In this document: positions 39,526-42,534 of the stretch, one piece after another
Position numbering within the stretch: the stretch's first letter is position 1
How the letters are laid out: every line of letters starts with the position of its first letter
Origin: a virus
DNA: 42,534 nt
Strand: one strand, 5' to 3'
Virus record (IMG/VR): IMGVR_UViG_3300045988_044701
Translations under genes and position numbers: made by a program
The notes under the pieces: model-generated
Told to the model about the DNA's origin: nothing
Seen by the model: only the letters and a program-made list of their open reading frames with translations
Databases searched by the model: none

Positions 39526-40245
39526 ATGGCGAATACCTGCCCCATATGCGGTGGCAAGCTGGGCATGCTGAACCGTGAGAAAAGCGCTGACGGCTCGATT
39601 TGCGCCAGCTGCAGCAACTTTTTCTTTTCAAAATTGGGCATCCGGGCAGCAAAGCAACCGACAGCTGCACTTGCGGGATACTGGGTTACGCTGGAAAGCC
39701 GTCGAAAAACATTCAAAGAAACCGATTCCATCTATGATGGTGACGCGCTCTTTGTGTCCATCGACAAAATCAACCGGCTTTTTTGCTTTGGGCACCGCGG
39801 CGGTGATAAAGGCCCTCGCATGATCTACAGCTTTGATGAAGTCGCTGGGTATGAATCTGACGCTCCAGACGATCTGACAGTGACAGAGACCAAGGGCGGC
39901 ATCGGTCGGGCCATGATCGGTGCAGCTGTTGCCGGTCCTGTGGGTGCGATCGTGGGCGCTACTACCGCCAAAACAGAGACCCGCAAAGGCAGCCGCAGCA
40001 AAGAAAACGTTTCCATCCGTTTTACGCTCCCTCTTGGAGAAACCAGTCTGCCAACAACGGTTTATCCCGGCGGCATGACCGCCTTTCTCAAGAGATGCAA
40101 AGTCGGCCAGGAGAAGCCACAGGCTGCCGCTCCGGCTGCCCCCAGCGCCGCTGATGAGCTTTTGAAGTTTAAGCAGCTACTGGATATGGGGGCCATCACG
40201 GAAGCGGAGTACAACGCAAAGAAAGCTCAGTTGCTTGGCCTGTGA
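39526..40245 (+). CDS. Zinc-ribbon / glycine-zipper / SHOCT-domain protein
   Basis: The N-terminal CPICGGK...CASC is DUF4428-like. GGIGRAMIGAAVAGPVGAIVGATTA is a glycine-zipper hydrophobic segment. The C-terminal ELLKFKQLLDMGAITEAEYNAKKAQLLGL is SHOCT-like. Confidence 0.6.
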   Translation: MANTCPICGGKLGMLNREKSADGSICASCSNFFFSKLGIRAAKQPTAALAGYWVTLESRRKTFKETDSIYDGDALFVSIDKINRLFCFGHRGGDKGPRMIYSFDEVAGYESDAPDDLTVTETKGGIGRAMIGAAVAGPVGAIVGATTAKTETRKGSRSKENVSIRFTLPLGETSLPTTVYPGGMTAFLKRCKVGQEKPQAAAPAAPSAADELLKFKQLLDMGAITEAEYNAKKAQLLGL

Positions 40246-40403
40246 ACTTGTTTACAACCGCATTATACAACCATTGATTGTATATCGTCAAGCGTAAAAA
40301 AATGCGCAAAACAATTAAAAATTTATTCATTTGCGTTGAATCGTTAAAATTTACGCTGACTTTTGCACGTTTTACGCTGAATACGCGCAAAATATGCGCG
40401 TTG

Positions 40404-40613
40404 TTATTCGTGGTTGCAAGGTTGTTGCAATTTTTGCAACAGCTGCCCGGCAAGCTCCCCGCCGGGAGCGGATGCTGCGGCGTAGAGAGCCTGAACAGAC
40501 TTTACCTTGCGGGTTACATAAAGCCGTGCCCTGGCTTGTCCCTCTGGCGGCAGGTCTTCATAGCACGCCAGCGCGGCACGGATGTGGGTACAAAAGCTCT
40601 GCATTTTATCCAT
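40404..40613 (-). CDS. Hypothetical protein (69 aa)
   Basis: ATG at 40613 follows gggagg. It lies downstream of a 36-aa micro-ORF. Confidence 0.45.
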   Translation of the reverse strand: MDKMQSFCTHIRAALACYEDLPPEGQARARLYVTRKVKSVQALYAAASAPGGELAGQLLQKLQQPCNHE

Positions 40614-40615
40614 GT

Positions 40616-40726
40616 TCAATCCTCCCAGGGTTGCGGGGTGCGTGTGGTGCCCGTCAAAACGGTTGCTGGCATCCCGTCAATAATGGTCATTTCGGCATCT
40701 TTGCCGTTTCTTTGCTGGATTTCCAT
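40616..40726 (-). CDS. Micro-ORF (36 aa)
   Basis: caggagg, 7 nt, then ATG at 40726. It encodes MEIQQRNGKDAEMTIIDGMPATVLTGTTRTPQPWED and is divergent from the XRE gene. Confidence 0.35.
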   Translation of the reverse strand: MEIQQRNGKDAEMTIIDGMPATVLTGTTRTPQPWED

Positions 40727-40886
40727 TTCGATTTCCTCCTGTTTTTTGTATATGGTGAACAATTTATAATCCAGATAATACCATGCTCCGCAGGAAAAGG
40801 AAATACAGAAAGATTGTGTCGAATGGCGCGGAGTTTTTCCGCGTCATTTTTGATTAAAAAACGCGTGTTTTTGTGGAGGTGAGTGC

Positions 40887-41474
40887 ATGAGCTACTTTAC
40901 GGCAGCCAAAATTGGGAAAGCGCTGGCGGAGGCCCGCGTTTCTGCAGGGTTGAGCCAGCGGGAAATGGCAATCGCCCTCAACCGTGGCGAGCGGACGGTG
41001 CAAAGCTGGGAAAAAGGGATTTCCAGCCCGGACAGCGACGAGGTTTTTGATTGGTGCAGCGCGTGCGGGGTGTCTCCCATATCCGTGTTTATGGAGATGA
41101 TCCACCCGGAGCTGTACGCGGTGCCCGATGACGGCAAGACCGACGAAGAGCTGGACGCGGAGTTGTGCCGCTTTGTGGTAAACTTGCCGCCGCTGACAAA
41201 ACGGCTGCTTCTCTTTATCCTGAAAGGAAGCCACGGCAGCAGCCCGCCCGCGGTGATCTCCGAGGTTGCGGCAAACCTGCACTGCCCGCTCAATAACCGG
41301 GTGAGCATCTGCGGCGCCGTGATTGACCATTACCGCTTTGCGCAATCTATGGGCCTTGACCCTTGCCCGCGGGAGCCACAGCCGCCCATCGAAGATTTGC
41401 GCATGAATTACAAGGCAGGCCGTGCGGCCTCTGAGAACGGCGCACAGGGCTATACAGGAAGCAGAAAGGAGTAA
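40887..41474 (+). CDS. XRE-family HTH protein with a C-terminal extension
   Basis: LSQREMAIALNRGERTVQSWEKGISSP is an HTH. 195 aa, immediately upstream of int. Confidence 0.65.
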   Translation: MSYFTAAKIGKALAEARVSAGLSQREMAIALNRGERTVQSWEKGISSPDSDEVFDWCSACGVSPISVFMEMIHPELYAVPDDGKTDEELDAELCRFVVNLPPLTKRLLLFILKGSHGSSPPAVISEVAANLHCPLNNRVSICGAVIDHYRFAQSMGLDPCPREPQPPIEDLRMNYKAGRAASENGAQGYTGSRKE

Positions 41475-41477
41475 GCC

Positions 41478-42534
41478 GTGGAATGTATCAGGTGCCACAA
41501 AGAAGTTCCAGACGGAGCCTTATTTTGCCCGTGGTGCGGTAAGCGCCAGCCTGACTATGCCCCGCCCGTGCAGAGAAAAAAACGCCGCCGCCCAAAAGGC
41601 AGCGGCAGCGTGTACAAGCTCAAAGATAACCGGGCAAAGCCCTTTGTAGCCCTTTCCTCCAAGCGGGAAGTCATCGGCACCTATGCCACGTCCGGAGAGG
41701 CCGTGCAGGCGTTGGATGCTTATAATGCGCAAACTATGCCCATTGCCCGGATGAAATACACTTTTGCGGACGTCTACGGCAAGTGGAGTGAGGCCCACTA
41801 TCAAGACGTTGGGCCAAAAGGCAGGCAAAGCTATGAAGCGGCCTATACAAAGGCACGGCGCTTGTGGGATAGGCAGATTCGGGAAATGGTAACGGAAGAC
41901 TATCAAACCGTGATAGATGACCTTGTAGCCGCTGGACTTTCCCGCTCAATGTGCGAGAAGCAACGGCAGCTTTTCAGCCAGCTGTGCAAATGGTCAATGG
42001 CAAACGGAATCATTTCCCACAATTTTGCAGAAGAGATCCGGCTTCCTGCACAACCAAAAAAGAAAAAGCGGGTACTCTCTACAGCGGAAATTGAAAAAAT
42101 TCAAAAAATTGCAGACAACAAAGCCGACAGCATGTATAATATAGCAAGGCTATCTCTTGTGCTCTACTATACTGGTATGCGTATCAATGAGCTGCTGACC
42201 CTCCGCCGACAAGACGTGAATCTGAAAGAGGGGTATATTGTGGGCGGAGAAAAGACCGAGGCGGGCCGTGAGCGCACTATTCCGGTTTTGGAGCCAATCA
42301 AGATGATTCTGGCGGATTGGATGTTGGACAGCGTGGGAAGTGAGCTGCTTCTCCCCCCTGCCCACGGCGGCAAGCAACGCAGCGTGAGCGCCACGGAAAA
42401 GGCATTTAAAAAGCTCATGGAGCGTTGCGGTATTGAGGGCGCTGTACCTCATGCAATGCGCCGTTCGGCAGCTACACGGCTTGTAGAGGGAAAAGCAGAG
42501 CCGACAGCTGTACAGGCCATTCTTGGCCATGCCG
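41478..42534 (+). CDS. int: Tyrosine integrase with an N-terminal zinc ribbon (runs off the window end and continues at nt 100-179)
   Basis: GTG follows aaaggag. The N-terminus is CIRCHKEVPDGALFCPWC. The core contains YYTGMRINELLTLR (catalytic Arg box). The frame is continuous through the 99-bp repeat into HAMRRSAAT...LGH...Y. Confidence 0.9.
   Translation, partial: MECIRCHKEVPDGALFCPWCGKRQPDYAPPVQRKKRRRPKGSGSVYKLKDNRAKPFVALSSKREVIGTYATSGEAVQALDAYNAQTMPIARMKYTFADVYGKWSEAHYQDVGPKGRQSYEAAYTKARRLWDRQIREMVTEDYQTVIDDLVAAGLSRSMCEKQRQLFSQLCKWSMANGIISHNFAEEIRLPAQPKKKKRVLSTAEIEKIQKIADNKADSMYNIARLSLVLYYTGMRINELLTLRRQDVNLKEGYIVGGEKTEAGRERTIPVLEPIKMILADWMLDSVGSELLLPPAHGGKQRSVSATEKAFKKLMERCGIEGAVPHAMRRSAATRLVEGKAEPTAVQAILGHA
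42436..42534. repeat. Second copy of the 99-bp terminal repeat
   Basis: Identical to nt 1-99. Confidence 0.93.

Noticed and set aside
40413-40440. Three GTTGCAA direct repeats at about 10-nt spacing as protein-binding sites.
   Set aside because: They fall inside the 3-prime end of the 69-aa ORF (LLQKLQQPCNHE). They can be explained by the repeated Leu-Gln codons, so the evidence is too weak on its own.

Overview
The window is a circularly permuted, apparently complete genome of about 42.4 kb from a temperate siphovirus-type tailed phage or excised prophage. The host looks like a high-GC Clostridia-like Firmicute. Nt 1-99 are identical to nt 42436-42534. This repeat lies in frame inside one tyrosine-integrase gene that starts at 41478 and ends at 179, so the ends look like an assembly overlap rather than att sites.

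Gene order, mostly on the minus strand:
- integrase, then attP, which carries the 3-prime half of a tRNA-Gly(CCC)-like gene flanked by arm-type repeats
- an insulated eight-gene cargo operon of unknown function (403-3811)
- a plus-strand moron (4045-5988) bracketed by a duplicated hairpin and gene relic
- a frameshifted ArpU/sigma-like regulator
- a lysis cassette: two holin-like genes and a GH25 endolysin with a signal-peptide-like N-terminus
- the tail module: a low-GC receptor-binding gene with an SGNH esterase domain, Tal, Dit, tape measure, a chaperone pair with a T TTT TTA -1 slippery site, and the major tail protein
- the head module: major capsid protein, scaffold, an embedded tRNA-Met, an accessory insertion with DUF4417 and a displaced gp10-like gene, MuF-like protein and portal
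- TerL and TerS
- a DNA methyltransferase with an in-frame 18-bp tandem repeat
- a roughly 700-nt non-coding tract containing chimeric or degenerate tRNA relics
- a late activator, then the early/replication genes: RusA, ASCH, PAPS-reductase-like, G39P-like, DnaD-like with ori-like repeats, SSB, RecT
- a 444-nt GGCA-rich non-coding tract downstream of a RAMP-like 207-aa gene
- the antirepressor and Cro/CI switch
- a two-gene cassette in the repressor-integrase interval.

All functional calls come from motifs I recognise by eye and from synteny. No database search or structure prediction was possible. Coordinates of non-coding elements were read by hand and anchored to ORF-track positions.

The most promising unexplained items are the RAMP-like gene plus the GGCA-rich tract (33123-34190), the attP-proximal cargo operon (403-3929), the immunity-region cassette (38115-40245) and the tRNA-relic/structured region (25872-26574).
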